Made by a program: the position numbers and the translations under genes. A stretch of DNA of 64,000 nucleotides from the human T2T-CHM13v2.0 reference genome, Homo sapiens: NCBI RefSeq assembly GCF_009914755.1, contig NC_060929.1; one strand, 5' to 3'. The notes under the pieces were generated by a model that was given only the letters and a program-made list of their open reading frames with translations, was not told where the DNA came from and searched no databases. Within the stretch, counting starts at the first letter, position 1; the number at the start of each line of letters is the position of its first letter. Below, one piece after another: positions 1-13,984 of this stretch.

Positions 1-216
1 CAGCTCCAAAAACAATGTTTTGGCTTTTCTCATGAAAGAGCACAGCACCTTGAATATCTTTCATGAGATTCCAAAACTATCTCGAATTACTATCAGAAGA
101 AAAGGAAAGGTTTATTATCAAGTTTTCAGGTTATTATTTAATGAAGCTCATTAATGAGAGAAACAAATAGTCCAGCTCAAATGAAAAAACATATATGCCA
201 TTTGGATTGTTCTCAG

Positions 217-219
<3 letters not shown>

Positions 220-253
<34 letters not shown>

Positions 254-263
254 AGTGTGTGTG
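220..263. repeat. (TG)n microsatellite, interrupted
   Basis: Direct dinucleotide run. Confidence 0.95.
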
Positions 264-267
264 TACA

Positions 268-381
268 AATGAGGGTCTCGCTATTTTGCCCAGGCTGGTC
301 TCAAACTCCTGTCCTCAAGTGATCCTCCCTCCTCAGTCTCCCAAAGTGTTGAGATTGCTGGTGTGTGCCACCACTCCTGGA
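268..381 (-). mobile_element. Alu left monomer/FLAM-like fragment
   Basis: gggtctcgctattttgcccaggctggtctcaaactcctg...cccaaagtgttgagatt. Confidence 0.8.
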
Positions 382-527
382 CTGCTCTCAGTTCTTTAAA
401 AAAAAAAAAAATACTGATTTTGATAATGAATCTAGCAATGTTCATTAATGGCTGCTAAAATGATTAAGTGAAACTCTGATGGAGAATTTTATAGTAGATG
501 GATCAGACAGACAACATTGACATCAGA

Positions 528-737
528 GGACTCAAGCAATCCTCCCATCTCAGCCTCCTGAGCAGCTGGGACTACAGGCATGCACCACTACTCCTGACTA
601 ATTTTTAAATTTTTGTAGAGACGGAGTCTTTTCAGAGTTGCCCATGCTGGTCTCTAACTCCTCAACTCAAGCAATTCTCCCTCCTCAGCCTCCCCCAAGT
701 GCTAAGATTACAGGTATGAACCACCATGTCTGCTGGC
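528..737 (-). mobile_element. Partial old Alu (AluJ-like)
   Basis: ctcaagcaatcctcccatctcagcctcctgagcagctgggactacaggc... Confidence 0.85.
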
Positions 738-1184
738 CTTGATTATATTCTTAAGAGAAGTTCCTCAAAGTGTAATTATTGCCCAAGAGGAATTATTTAA
801 GGTTCTTGATATATATTGTCAAATTATTTACATAAAAAATGATGTCCATTTAACCTCAAGCAGTTTATTAAAGTGTTATTCTCTCACTTTCTTGATAGCA
901 TTATAGGGTAATATTATTTAAATCATGATTTATTGGCAATGTTCAGTCTTCCTATAGAATGACATAGTACACTTCTCTATTCAACAAATATTTGGGGTTT
1001 TCTTCACATGAGCACCATGTCAAGATTATTTCTAGTTATAAACAAAATCTTTTGAAAAGTACAGTTTTTAATTGGTTATTACTGGCTTAAGAAAATTTTT
1101 GTATCTTTTACATAATTAGTTTTTTGGATTTATATTCATTCTAAGATATTTGATTGATTTCCTTGGGTTTTCTTTGGAATTGTC

Positions 1185-1283
1185 ATAACTTGGGCAATGG
1201 CTTAGCTTCTTGAAGCCTCCTAGTCATCTGTAGAATGAAGAAAATAATAGATCCTACTTCATAGCTGTGAGAAGACAATGAGA

Positions 1284-1330
<47 letters not shown>

Positions 1331-1375
1331 AAGCCCTATGTCTAGAACGTAGCAACAACTCATTAAATATTTAAT
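1185..1375 (+). mobile_element. MIR fragment containing (GT)21 at 1286-1327
   Basis: ttgggcaatggcttagcttct...catctgtagaatgaagaaaataatag...cctacttcatagctgtgagaag core similarity. Confidence 0.65.
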
Positions 1376-4300
1376 ACCTATCGTTATATATCTGGGCTTT
1401 CTCACAAAAGCTAACACACTTCCCCTTAACTAGCTTCTAAAAATGTTGTCATTGTTATTTTAAATGGGACTGCAATGTAGAAATTTGGCCTCTCATGTTG
1501 TTGGGGCATTTGATTTAATATTTTTTAGATAAGCCCCAAAGCAGTGGTAAATTTGTGATTCTGTGAACTGACTGTGTTTGTGAAGCACTGGTAGCATGGT
1601 ACCTCAGTGAAATGAGCATTATTTATTTATGCCAACCAACTAAAATTATTTCAGTGAAACCAGGATGAAGATCTGAAATATTCTGATGGGGAAAATCCAA
1701 TTCTTAGATTTTTCTAGAAAATTCAAATAGACCAACATTGAGGTTAAAGCGTTCCCACTGGCTTCATGTTGTCAGGTCTTTGAAAGAGAAAGAATGCCAG
1801 AGGATCCCCTGTAGTTAAATTGTGAAAACCTAAACATGAGGACAGAGAAAAGAAGAGTATGTCGTTTTTTTCCAAGTCTCTTTTACTCAGAAGTATTCCC
1901 CCAGAGAAAATGGTAGGAGATGGGGCAACAAGGCTTTGTGAGACTCACTCCTGACAAGCCTTCTCAAACTCTGAAAGAATAACAGGGTAACTCCCTGTGG
2001 ACTAAAAGGCATCTCTGGTCAGTCTAGACCTTGGAGAAAGTTATTTTCTTGAGGTTGGAGGTCTGTTATTTCCCAGAGAGCAGGTTGCCTAAATTAGTGA
2101 GGAAACTGTACCATGTATGTGTTTTTTATCCCATCCCTCTGACCTCATCCCCTTACATCTCTGATCTGCAATGCAAATTTAATGTAGTCACAGATATTCT
2201 TGGACTCAGGTTTAGGAACCCCTGGGATGAGCTGTCACTCCTGCACACATCTCCCACCTTACCCCAGCAAAATCTATGTGTAAATTTTTCTATACCCCTA
2301 ATTAAAAGGAATGGTGAGAGTAGCAAGAGATAATATTGGGAGAGGGATGGATATAGCTGACTACTTGTTACTCTCATTCAAGCTTGCCATGTTACTGTCA
2401 TTCAACTTCTCTGCAGTTCTTGAAGAACATGGGTATTTTGCTGCACTGTTCTCTGAAGTTTTCCCTTCCCCTCTACCCAGCCTTTGGACTGTACTTATTC
2501 TATAGTGTCTGTAAGTGTGTTAAAAGTACACTATAACTAACAGAAGTAAAGAGTGCAACGTACCCTAATGTGCTCCTTCCAGAGGGAGACTCGCACTAAT
2601 GGTCAAAGACCAAGAACAGGATAGAGGGATGGTGAAGGTGGTCAGTGGGAAAGAGTAGCAATTGTAGAAGCAAAAGCTTGAAAGAATGGTTCTCTCTTGC
2701 TCTTATTCTTTTTCTGTTTGCCTTGACCCTCCTTTTTGGAACTCCAGTGTGACATGTTGAATAAGAAGGAACTTGGATCTTCTCTCACTTGTTAAGAATG
2801 GGCTTTCCTCCTAAAATGCCCTACTAAGACTTCATGAAACACAGAAGACGAGGTGGGAATGAGCAGACTAGTTAGATCTGCAAACGGGGAGGAAAGTAAT
2901 ATGGAAGTAGAGAAGATGGTGGCATTAGTTCTTTCTGGAGAGAAAGTCAGGCCTTAGATACTATGAATAAGGGGGTTCTTAACAGAAATCAGGTAGGTGA
3001 GCAGCCTGGAAGGAAATATTTTGAGTTGGATTGTGTAGATGTTGATTTTATTAATCTTTTTGCTGGACGTAAACATGGTGGCTTGATGGTCCTGGTAATT
3101 TTCTCATTGGCAATATCCATAATAACTCACCCTCATCTGGGCAATCATTTTCCTTTCCTCCACTTTCCCATCACACCCACACATAAGCCAAAATGCAGTC
3201 ATGTGGTTTGGATTGAAGCATCCTCTTACTTGACCTCACCTTTTTTACTTCAGTGATTAATAAGAGCAATTGACTTGATTTGTATCAGCTGTAGTATCTA
3301 CAACGACTGGGTCAAGGATTGGTAAATGACACAAACTGAGCTTATGAAATACCTTCCCCTGAGCTTTTCAAATTGGAGCACAGGTTAATGCCGCTTTTTT
3401 CTGGTCAATAAGCTGTGTACATATGTAACCCGGTCTGCAGGCAACCAGATTTGCATCTTCATGAAACCTCAATGAAACCAAGAAAATAAAGTTGATTCAC
3501 AAAGAAACAGAGAATAGACAGCAAGAATGTGATCTTGCTGGTGTTTGATTTCCTGGTTCCATCTGCTCCTGCAGCAAACTCCACCCTTGTCCTTTGGTTA
3601 CATGAACCCAAAATTGCTCTTTTGACCAGGCAAGCTTAAGATATATGCCTGTCGGCAGAAACCAGAATCCTAAAACAAACGTGAAGTGATCACAGCTACC
3701 AGGTTGTTTTTCATTCACGAATCTTAGCCCCAGCACCAACCCAACAATAAATCAGTTTAAAAGGGTTTTTTCTAATATCATCATTCTAAAAAATAATGTC
3801 AAAAATAATTGAAAATTCTTGACTCCAATATTAGCTGTGTGGCAATGGTTTAGCTCATCAGTTTGCAGATCACTAGCTGGTAGTATTGGCTCCAAATTGT
3901 CAGACTCAAGATTCATGCATTAATTCACTAAAGACATATATATGAAGACCCAACATTATTTGATTCATTTTTTTCAAACAAACGATCTCTTATCAGACTC
4001 TATCGTTAAATTTGTCTTTAGCCCCTACTTATACAATTGTGTTAGGAGCTCTGGTTCGACTTGGTATGTAAATTGAGAACTGGCAATATTGTTTCTAACA
4101 GTGACACAGGCATATTCTTGGTAATTGTTTTAATGGTTCTCTTTTTGGTTATATAGCTCTATTTTTTTCTCTCTCCAAATTTTGTGCCTACTTCCCATAA
4201 TTAAGAAACAAACAAATTATTTGTAGCAAATTGTAAATATATGAATACATCCTTCCAAGTCATTTATTTCCAGTCCCATTTTTCTCTGCCCACAATGGGA

Positions 4301-5964
4301 AGTACAAAACTTTAACTGAAAATTACTTAAGTTATGCAATTATGCATAACATAATTTTAAGTATACAAAATGAATGAACCATGAAGAAAATGATTGTTTC
4401 ACCCTAGTGTTATAAACAACTAAGATTTGTGAGGGAAGAGATTTTAATAAGCGGTACCTAAAAGCATTCAAGTTATCTAACAAATAGGAAAGACATATTT
4501 TTTTCTAAAATAGAACATGGTTTAGAGAGTTAAATAATCCTTTCCACTGAAAAGGTCCTATTTCACCATGTTCTGTAGTTTTTTAGAAAGTGAAGCAGGC
4601 AGTAAATTAGTGAGTTTTGGATATCCAGTATCCTTATGTCCTATAGCTCAAATGCTGCCACATTTATTTTAAATACATTCCAAATGATCTCATTTCTACA
4701 AATTTAAAATTACTTAAGATGGTATATCCCAGAGTTTTCCAAGCAAAAATTGTATACTAGGATAATAAGTGCTATTTTAAAAAAGACTCGTGACAAAACA
4801 AATTTAAGAAACACTAGATAACAAAGTGGTTTCTTTACTGCAGGATTTCTCAGACACTTATATATGCTAAAAAGTATTGTGAATCTCCCAAAGTATGGGA
4901 AAGAACATTTCCCATACTTACTTAATATTGGATTCTTTCTGAGTATCTTGTGAAACTGGAACTCTTTAGTACATGCTTTAGGAAATCAATATTGTCCTAA
5001 TTCTATATAAATATTATTTGCTCTCCAAATTAAAAAGGAGTATGGGGAAAGGTCTCTGATTTTAAGCTACAAATTACTACGATGAAAGTGATTTATTCAA
5101 CCTGTGTGTTAATCCTCTACTAATATCTGTGGTAAGGAGTAGAAGTATTAACAAATGAGTCACATAAAGGCAGACAAGTTTTCAGACAAAAAGGAAAGAT
5201 CTACACACCCCTATCTTTGGTTACTGAGCTAATTAATGAACAGTGCTTGAAACACTGTATGCTGATGAGACAAAGGAAATCATCTTTGAATTAATAACAA
5301 AAGCATATTCAGATGCTTTGCCTTGAGCAGGAGATAGAAGCAGGACATTTGTGGTTTCAGGTATCACTGATATTCTACAACTCAAATCTGCAAATTGCCA
5401 GCCAGAAGTCTACATCTGTTTTACCTGCAAGACTCCTTAAGGATGAATTGTTTTTGTGGGTTAATTTTGTGAGTTGTTCCCCCAAAACACTTGCCCAAAG
5501 TTTGGGCCTGTTTGCCCTCTCATGTTACCAGATTTCAGGCTAATCTGGTGCATATTTAAATAAGGATTACTATGATAGCAATGTGTCTCTTTATACAAAT
5601 AATTTGTAGCTAGAATTAGATGTGTGTGTGTGTATGTGTGTGTTTATATCTATAGTCAGATATATTTCTTGTAAACCTTAATTAAAGCAGTGTGATTGTT
5701 CTTGCAATGCCTGCTCTGTGTCCTTATAAGTAGCTGGTACTGGTGATAAAAGTTTATGTATGACAGTGTCTACTTAAAACATCAGCTAGATTTTTATCCA
5801 TCATAGACAAATTTCCAGTGTGACCTAATTAAACAATTTTTTAGTACAAAAGGCAATTAAGAGAAACTAACACCATATCCATGGCTTATAACATTTCAAC
5901 TAAAATGAAAATCAGATGATTTATTTATATAACAACAAATGACTACTATAGACACTTGAAATCA

Positions 5965-5970
5965 TTTATT
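5965..5970 (-). terminator. Distal polyadenylation signal AATAAA of LOX
   Basis: Plus-strand tttatt at 5965-5970; GT/T-rich sequence downstream on the minus strand; would give a ~5 kb mRNA. Confidence 0.75.
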
Positions 5971-7322
5971 CAAGGCATTTTTATATAATCTTGCAATCAT
6001 AGTATAGATGTATAATAAAAGAATATGAGAATGCAAAGAGGAACATAAAGCCAATGTCTGAGCATTTAAAATAAGAGTTCTTCAAAAAAGTTACACGTCT
6101 TACAAATAACATTCCTGAAAAATTTGGGAGAAGCTAAAACTTCACTAAAAACCTAACACCAAATGACATGTTACTTAGTTTATAGCAAGCAGTTTTATAT
6201 TAATTAAATGTTTATATACCACAAGCTAAGATTTAATGCATTTTACATTCAGATTTAAATAACTCAGCACCATTTTAGCTTAGAGGATAAATGAAATGTT
6301 TAGTGTTTAAAAGTGGCCCAGGAATTTTGGTAGCTAGGAATGAGACTTAACTCACTGATTGAATATGTTGATTGTGAATATGAGTTCAAAAAAATATGTA
6401 TATATAGAAAAAAGAGTACTTTTTAGTTATCAGTTAATACACTGATTCGTATCAAAACACATTATTTTTAAAACAAAATATCTCCTTACCAGGAATTCAG
6501 TATTTTCATGCAATCTGCTAAAGATTAACTCTCAGTGCCAGGAAAATTTTAATGAATTGCATTTCTTCTAGAATCCGAATATTGGGAATGTTTATAAGTG
6601 TGACTATCCTATGAGATTTCAAAGAGAAAAAAAGTACTACAAATAATGCCTAGTGAGTAATTGGATGATAGAAATTGTAAATAAAGTTATTCTATAAAAA
6701 TATACAGATTTTCTGGAAATAGGCAAGTTGTATTCTCATATATGTTATGCTAGCCTCAGAGGTCAAGACATCTTTAACCCAGACTGTGGTCTGAATCATC
6801 ATGAGATCGCTAATATGGCATATTGTAAACTGACTCATAAACTCTGAAATTATGTTCCTATTTAGTCCATTTTCTGTCTTTTTTAGTGTAAAAGCCAATC
6901 TCCTGTCAGTACTCAACATTCTTTTTATCATTGCCAGTTCCTATTTTTTAAAATGTATTTAGAGTTTGGTAAGACTGGTCTGTGTTATTTTATTAATTGA
7001 TAACCTTCATCAACTAATTATTATCTTTGAGTTTCGGCAGTTATTCAGAGAAGAGATTCAAAGTTCAAAATAGTTCAAAGAAGTTCAGTAATACAGAGTG
7101 TTAAATCAGTACTTGTGAGTTATTTGGGTGTGTTTAGAGGTGCCAGGAGGGGGATGAATGTTCATATAAGGAATAAAGTAGTATTTTTAGCTTCCTAATT
7201 GAAAAAAAAAAATCGTCAAAATTAACCAAATAGTAGGTGTTATATTTAAAAGGCAGACATTTCAGGGATTGAACACATTTTTAATTATTAGAAATACATA
7301 CATGCATATAATTAACCTTTAA

Positions 7323-7400
7323 TTTATTTTTAAAAATAAATTATGGTCATGAAAAACAATAGTGCTTAAAATTGAAATTTCATAGACATGTAATTTTATT
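7323..7400 (-). terminator. Proximal polyadenylation signals (two AATAAA) of LOX
   Basis: Plus-strand tttatt at 7323-7328 and 7395-7400; would give a ~3.7 kb mRNA. Confidence 0.55.
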
Positions 7401-9498
7401 CCCTAAAAATGAAATAAGATGAACCTTATGGGTAATAATGGGATTTTTAATACTTATTGAGGTTATAGACAGTCTTTTTTATGTCTCAATGCATACCATG
7501 TGAGTACTTGGCATATATTAGGCCTTCAAATGATGATGGATGGATAGACAGATAAAAGGCCCAATGAATGATTGTAAATGTGTCTTCTCCTATGTATCCA
7601 TGATGATATTGCCTAGTTTTTAATACAAGCTTAAGAATCAATAAAATGATAGATCTGAAATCTGTAGATGCCAGTCTGGCTCAGTATTAATACTGACAGT
7701 AGTTTTTTTGTTTTTTAAGAAAGCAAGTATATTAAAATATCTCTGTTAGAAAAGATTACAATTTGAAAGGATCATTCTACAATCTTAGAACTAAAAAGCA
7801 ATTTAAGGCAAAGAGGTACATCAAAGAAGCTATTCCATAGCTCAGTTACAGCTCAACAAAAGCTCTGTCTGTATTGTCTACTGGTAAGCTTGTGCCCTGG
7901 TGGCTAAGGATCATATGTACCGCTATATCCGCCAGTTGATGACTGTCCATCTCTAGCCCCTCTAACCATGCTATGCACCCAGTGAGTGCAGAATGATTAC
8001 TAGTAATTGATGTTGACTTTACAATTCTATGACATGTAATACAGGATGCCGAGGCACTTTTAAAATTCCACCTAACATGTTCTGGCACTGGAAAATCTTA
8101 CTTGAGATTTTAATACTGGTTAATATAGGAAAAATTATGCTTAAGCACCACTAACTTAAAAGTGTAATTTCATTTTCTTGAATTTAGGTAAAAGCAAAAT
8201 TCTCAAAATTCTATTATGGCACATGGTTTCACAGTTTCAAATGAAATCACAGCTGTCTCATTACGCAGCACAGTCCTTGGTTTTGCAGAAAGTATATTTT
8301 TCCTTTGTTCACCAACCCCTCAAGTATGTAATACTATGTGCTTTGCTAATTTAGACTATATCTCAGACACACACACATGTGTGACTGATTCCTGAATAAC
8401 CCAGGATGATGTTCCTGTGTTCTAGATAATATAAAATTTTTAACATTCCTCTAATAGCTGAACATCTTTTTAAAATCTAGAAAACTTGAAAAATCCTAAA
8501 ATGTTTTTCAATTTTTTTAAGCTATTTGAGAGACAGTTGTGGTTTGGGGGGGACTTGTTTGTGTGATTTTTATGTCAGCAAGAAAATTGTATCTTTGGCA
8601 AATACTTTAATATGTTTAAATGCATTTTACCTCTGGATGTATCACATCAGTCATCAAAATGACTTTCCAGTTTCACGGCTGCCTTATGTATACCAGTCCC
8701 AAGAATGGTGATATTAAGAATCCCACTTACAACATCTCTGCCCATGGGAAAGATAAAATGATAGAGGGCAGCCTCAAGAAATATCAGACAGGATTGGGCA
8801 GCTCCCTTACTTAATTTGTTCCAAAACAAAAGTTGACTCAAGTCAAAATGAAATTGTGCACTTGAAAGAAAGGAAGTTATCTACTAATTTTTTAAATGTA
8901 AACATACTTTTTATATAGGGATGTAACTATCTGAGTACATGTATTGCCATTTCTCTGCTATATAGTAATATTTCTTGACACCAATGGTAATGTGTTTGTT
9001 TCTTTCTCAGCACCAGATGTGTCCATATGTATTTAAACAGTAGGAGCATTGTTTCTAAATTCATCTATGCTATGACATATATAAACCCATTATTATTATG
9101 TTTCACTAAAGTTCCAGCACTTTAGAAAAGTTTCAGTTCAAAGTCATTTTGGCTCATTCATTTAGATAATACTGACCATTTTGCACTACAATTTCAAAAG
9201 GAACATGAGAAATTTGGATTTCTTTGAAAGAGTCAAATATGTAATTACAGAATTGAAACACTGTGTTAATTCACAAAGTGATGTAAATAATAAACATTAA
9301 AAATTTCCCAAGTAATGATGACTTAAGCGTTCAAAATCCAGTTATGTGCTTTGTTATTGAAAACAGTCCAAACAAAAATTCTTTTGTTGTTTTCTGTTCT
9401 CTTTTTCAAAATACATAAATCCTACTGAAGTTAGTCTATTTTTTCCCACTTCAGAACACCAGGCACTGATTTATCCATTGGGAGTTTTGCTTTGCCTT

Positions 9499-9505
9499 CT
9501 AATAC
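9499..9505 (-). CDS. LOX: Lysyl oxidase exon 7 coding part (7 nt: G TAT TAG)
   Basis: Pyrimidine tract then TCTAG|GTATTAG; completes Pro416-Tyr417-stop; exon lengths sum to 1254 nt. Confidence 0.95.
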
Positions 9506-10284
9506 CTAGATTAAGAAGACAAAATAAGACAAATTATTAACCTGATAATATAATGAATGAGTACAACAGACAAATTTAAAGTCAACCTTTTAAAAACTTT
9601 ATGCAACAGTTTCCCTCCACCTAAGCAGCAATCATGTTGTGAAATTATGCAGTAGTACATCATTTTAATAATGGTTTGAAGAAAGTGACTATGTCAACAG
9701 CAGAGATGCCTGATGCCTACACTCTTCACATTTAGAGGCAAAGAAACCACTTCTGAAACACTCAAGAGTACAGCAGGACTTCTGGGACCAGCATCCCTGA
9801 CCAGGGGAATTCATTCCATGGAACAAGGGTGGCATGTCCACCAAGAAGTAGAGTCAAGGCCTCTGCTCCATCTTGAATTAGTCCTTCTCCAGCATGGCTT
9901 TGGATGTAGAATAATACATTAATAGGCAGAAACTGGACCAAAGCTAATCAATCAAATATTACTGTCTTTAAATGTGACCATAGATCTTCATGTAAGGAAG
10001 TGAAAATTCACTTATTCAAATCATAAACTACCAATTTCCAAACAGTAAATTCTGTGAGGAGAAAAAAAAAAACTTACATAGTATCTTATAACTGAAAGAA
10101 GCCTCAGAGTCACCTGGTCCGTACATTTTGTTTCAGTGAGGAAAATGAAGGAGAGAGGGTACATTAACAGCACATACCTATTCAACTATTTACTGGGTGG
10201 CTTTTACACATCAACAGAATGCTCTTAAATATCTGGCAGGAAAAGCAATCAGTGAACTGATACATGATATGTCTTCAGAGTCAC

Positions 10285-10700
10285 ACTCACTGCTGCTTAC
10301 ACAGCCACCAGACTGACCTGATGGCCTTAGGCAAGTTACACTTCCTGCTCAAAAAGCTTCAGCCTCCCACTGCCTCCAGAATAAATTTTAGCCTGCTCTT
10401 CAGGGCTGTCTTCCATCTGGCTCAACTTACTTTTCCATCCTTTTTGTCCAACTCGTAACTCCACAAAATTCATGCTTTAGCCAAACTAGAAGACTTGTTT
10501 TTCCAAACATGCCCTGCAGTTTCCTCCTGCCATGCAAGTTGCCTGTGACGTTGACTTGCCCTGGGCTTCCTTTCCTTAATGCTCCCCGGTGCATTCCCCA
10601 GACTTCAAGGCTCAATTCAAATGTATCCTAAAGTCACTCCTGAAACTCAGCCCAAAGAGACCTCTCCTCTGTCTGAACTCTGATTCCTAGGAAGGAAGGC
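10285..10700. mobile_element. L2 fragment in LOX intron 6
   Basis: cacttcctgctcaaaaagcttcagcctcccactgcctccagaataaa...ttcaaggctcaattcaaatg, typical of the L2 3' region. Confidence 0.5.
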
Positions 10701-12808
10701 CTGATGTGAAAGTCAAAATGTAAGAAGCAAGTATTACTATCCTGAAGGTGTGGGGTTTTTTTCTCAAATATTCTATACTTTCCCCAATATTTCCACTCAG
10801 AATAAGTATGACATTTTATTATGATCACTAATTATAATTTCACTTTTCATATTTTCATCTGGTTTATATTAGTTATAAACATTCCAGCTTCAACCACTCT
10901 TGAAGTTTGTTACAGTCAGTAATAACTAGTAAAAAAAAAAAAAAAAAAAAAAAATTCAACTCTATATGAGTGACCACATCAGGAATCCCTCTTGTACAGT
11001 CATATTGCTGGAGCAATACAACAATTTTTATTTCTTCTAAATATCTAGCAATACCCAATTCAATGGATTCTACTGATTAAAAGCAAGAGACATTCTATGC
11101 AACAGACCTCTCCAGACCTATTTCTAGTGGGAAGTCAGTAAGACATAGTTGGGAGTTACCAAACTTATAGCAAAGGTCCTTCTGATCTCACCACATTTTA
11201 TTTTATCCCTCATGAAACTTCTCATATTGTATCTCTATTACAGTTATATGTGTAATTCTCTCACTTCCCCTACTCAAAATGCCTTTACTCAAATTATTTG
11301 AGAAAGAAATTCATTAAGCAGTGAGTGAGAGGCTGCAAGGTGGCAGACCTGTACCTGACAATGGGTATACAACAGTGGACAAGAGACTAAATCACAGCCA
11401 TCACTGAGTAGAGCAGGAGACAGACATTAAACAAAGAAATTCATAAGTAATTAACTGAAAATAGTGTAATAAGGCTACAGCAGTATAGAGATTAGTAGTC
11501 CTATTTATGTTTGCATTATTCAGTAATATCTAGCTCAGGGCATCAACAAACAGTACAAAAATGAGAGTGCAAATGAATAAATAAATGGAGAATGGATGAA
11601 TAAATTAAGGAATTATAAAAATTAAGAAAAAACTAATCTGTTTATTTAAGTGCAAATTATTTTAGCTTAAATTATAATGGTGTTCTGGCGGTGGGGGTCG
11701 GGGGTTGGTTCTACTATAACCAACTCCACACAATATGGGCCATAAAACCTGCCAGGTTTTCTGTGCTGTGGGCATGTTCAGAAGAATGTATGTGACTCTG
11801 TTTTTTCAGTGCTATCCTTTTGCTATCACAGGCTTCATCTATCTCTAATGTTGTGACAACACTTGTAAAGCACAGTCTCTGCTTCTTTATGTAGAAAGTC
11901 CTGGGTTTTTGTATCAGGCAGAAATTTCTATTAATTATGAGATTCTAGTATAGCTCTGCTATACCTGTCTGTATGATCCAGTGGCACTGGTGGTTCTCCA
12001 GTGACAAAGCAAAGCTGATGAGTGTTGAGTATCATTCCAATGGAAATAGTATTCTCATTGTTGGGAAGGCATAACTCAAGTGGCATATGTAATTATAATC
12101 TAGCACCCAGCAACACTTGGGGAGGTAGTGCTTAAGGAGATGGGGCAGGACAGACAGGCATGCAGTCAAACCTACCCAACCTTTTTTCATTATTTTCATC
12201 AGAGCACCTCCCTGTGAATAGATATCTTCCAGTATTTCATTCTAAGAAGAGTCTCAGGAGTAGGAATATTATGAAGAAACCTCCACACACCTCAATCTTT
12301 TGCAGAGTATTTTCCTAGTATCAATGGTTCTAGAACTCAAATATATGACATCTTGATTTGTACAGACCAGAGGGGGCTGAACTCTTCAGTTGCTTACTTT
12401 ATGGCAGTGGTTTTCAAAATGTACTTTGAAGAACCCTAGCAATTCTTTCAGGGACTGCGAGGAAGGGGCCAAGAAGCAACTACTGGGGCTTCTACAAGCT
12501 CACCCACTCTACATATTGAGCAATTTGATATATTGGGCCTTCACAAATGCCTTCTGGGTAAACACTGTGGTCTGTTTATGTCTTCTCCTGAAAACTAAGC
12601 TTCTCCTGAAAACTAAAAACCTTAGTACATTCTCCTTTGCCTTCCATTATTTAAAAAAATAAAATCAGACTGCATACCATTTTCTGCCTTTGGTCTGCTT
12701 ACAAGAAAGCTGCTGTAGTAGCAGAAACAGATACATTCTATGTATAATGTTTGGCATGAACAAAAATTATTTGTGACAACAATTACTTAGCTAAGCAAAT
12801 AACACTTA

Positions 12809-12946
<138 letters not shown>

Positions 12947-13251
12947 TCAGTATTTCTTTTTCCATAGGGCTACAATAAGGAAATTGTTAATGAGGACTTA
13001 GCTAAATCAAGCAGGGAAGGGATTTTAACTTAAGTAAGTGGTTAAACTCTGGAGACGTTATGGAAAGAGACTGCATATTTTCCCCTGAAGTTCTTTAAAA
13101 TAAGACAGATTAGATTAGATTAGATTGTTTATAAATAGTTTTGAGGATGTATAATTGCTTCCAATACCATGATTATTTAACATTTGAATCCAGAGAAGAG
13201 GGCCTATTGATCTGCAATATCAATATATGATATATTTTCAAAGGTCTTTAC

Positions 13252-13347
13252 CTTTAGGATATAGTTTCCAGGTTTTACATCTGTAATATCAATCCACTGG
13301 CAGTCTATGTCTGCACCATAGGTATCATAACAGCCAGGACTCAATCC
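13252..13347 (-). CDS. LOX: Lysyl oxidase exon 5 (96 nt), LTQ Tyr355
   Basis: Acceptor TTAG|G; encodes [32 protein letters not shown]; Y355 codon at 13320-13318; donor AAG|GTAAAG. Confidence 0.98.
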
Positions 13348-13951
13348 CTAAGATAAACAAAATAAAAAATTTAAAATTATGGTATGTGGTCAGACTATGA
13401 TAAATAATATGCTATTATTTGCAAATTAAATTTTAAGTTAGTACTTACAAGAGTCTGACATAAAACTATACTTATATTTCATCTCCCTTGAGAAGTATTT
13501 ATTACTCAGCCTTATAGCACCTCCAGCTAAAAAAGATACAGGACTAATATAAGTAGTAGTACACCTCACTTCTTAAAAGTGTCATATATCACCAGAGATA
13601 AATGCAATCTGAAGGAACAAAATAGGCCTCTACCAAAGTTCTAGAATTTTAACAGTTCAGGAATAAAGGCCACATAATAATTATCTTAGCTCAAATGTCC
13701 TCTTCTCAGTGAAATCCTCCCCAGTTTCCCCTTTTGGAAATTACCTTCTTGTGCTTTGAACGTCCATGATACTTTTTATTGTGGATAGCTTTTACAGTGT
13801 TTATCCCTTTTTGCTCTGCATTATAACATGCTATGTAAGAATATAGCTAACCAGAGGCTGCAAGTTCCCTAAGGGTAGAGTTTACGTTGTATCTTTGAAT
13901 AACTAACATTTATTAAATAGTATGTGGCAGGAACAATCGTAAACATTTATA

Positions 13952-13976
13952 TGTGTGTGTGTGTGTGTGTGTGTGT
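13952..13976. repeat. (TG)12 microsatellite in intron 4
   Basis: Direct dinucleotide run. Confidence 0.95.
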
Positions 13977-13984
13977 ATAAAAAT

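Larger units (their letters stand above)
5950..9498 (-). other. LOX: LOX 3'UTR (exon 7, ~3.5 kb; distal end approximate)
   Basis: AT-rich unique sequence following the stop codon; minus-strand AATAAA at 5970-5965, plus more proximal signals at 7328-7323 and 7400-7395; many miRNA seed matches. Confidence 0.8.
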
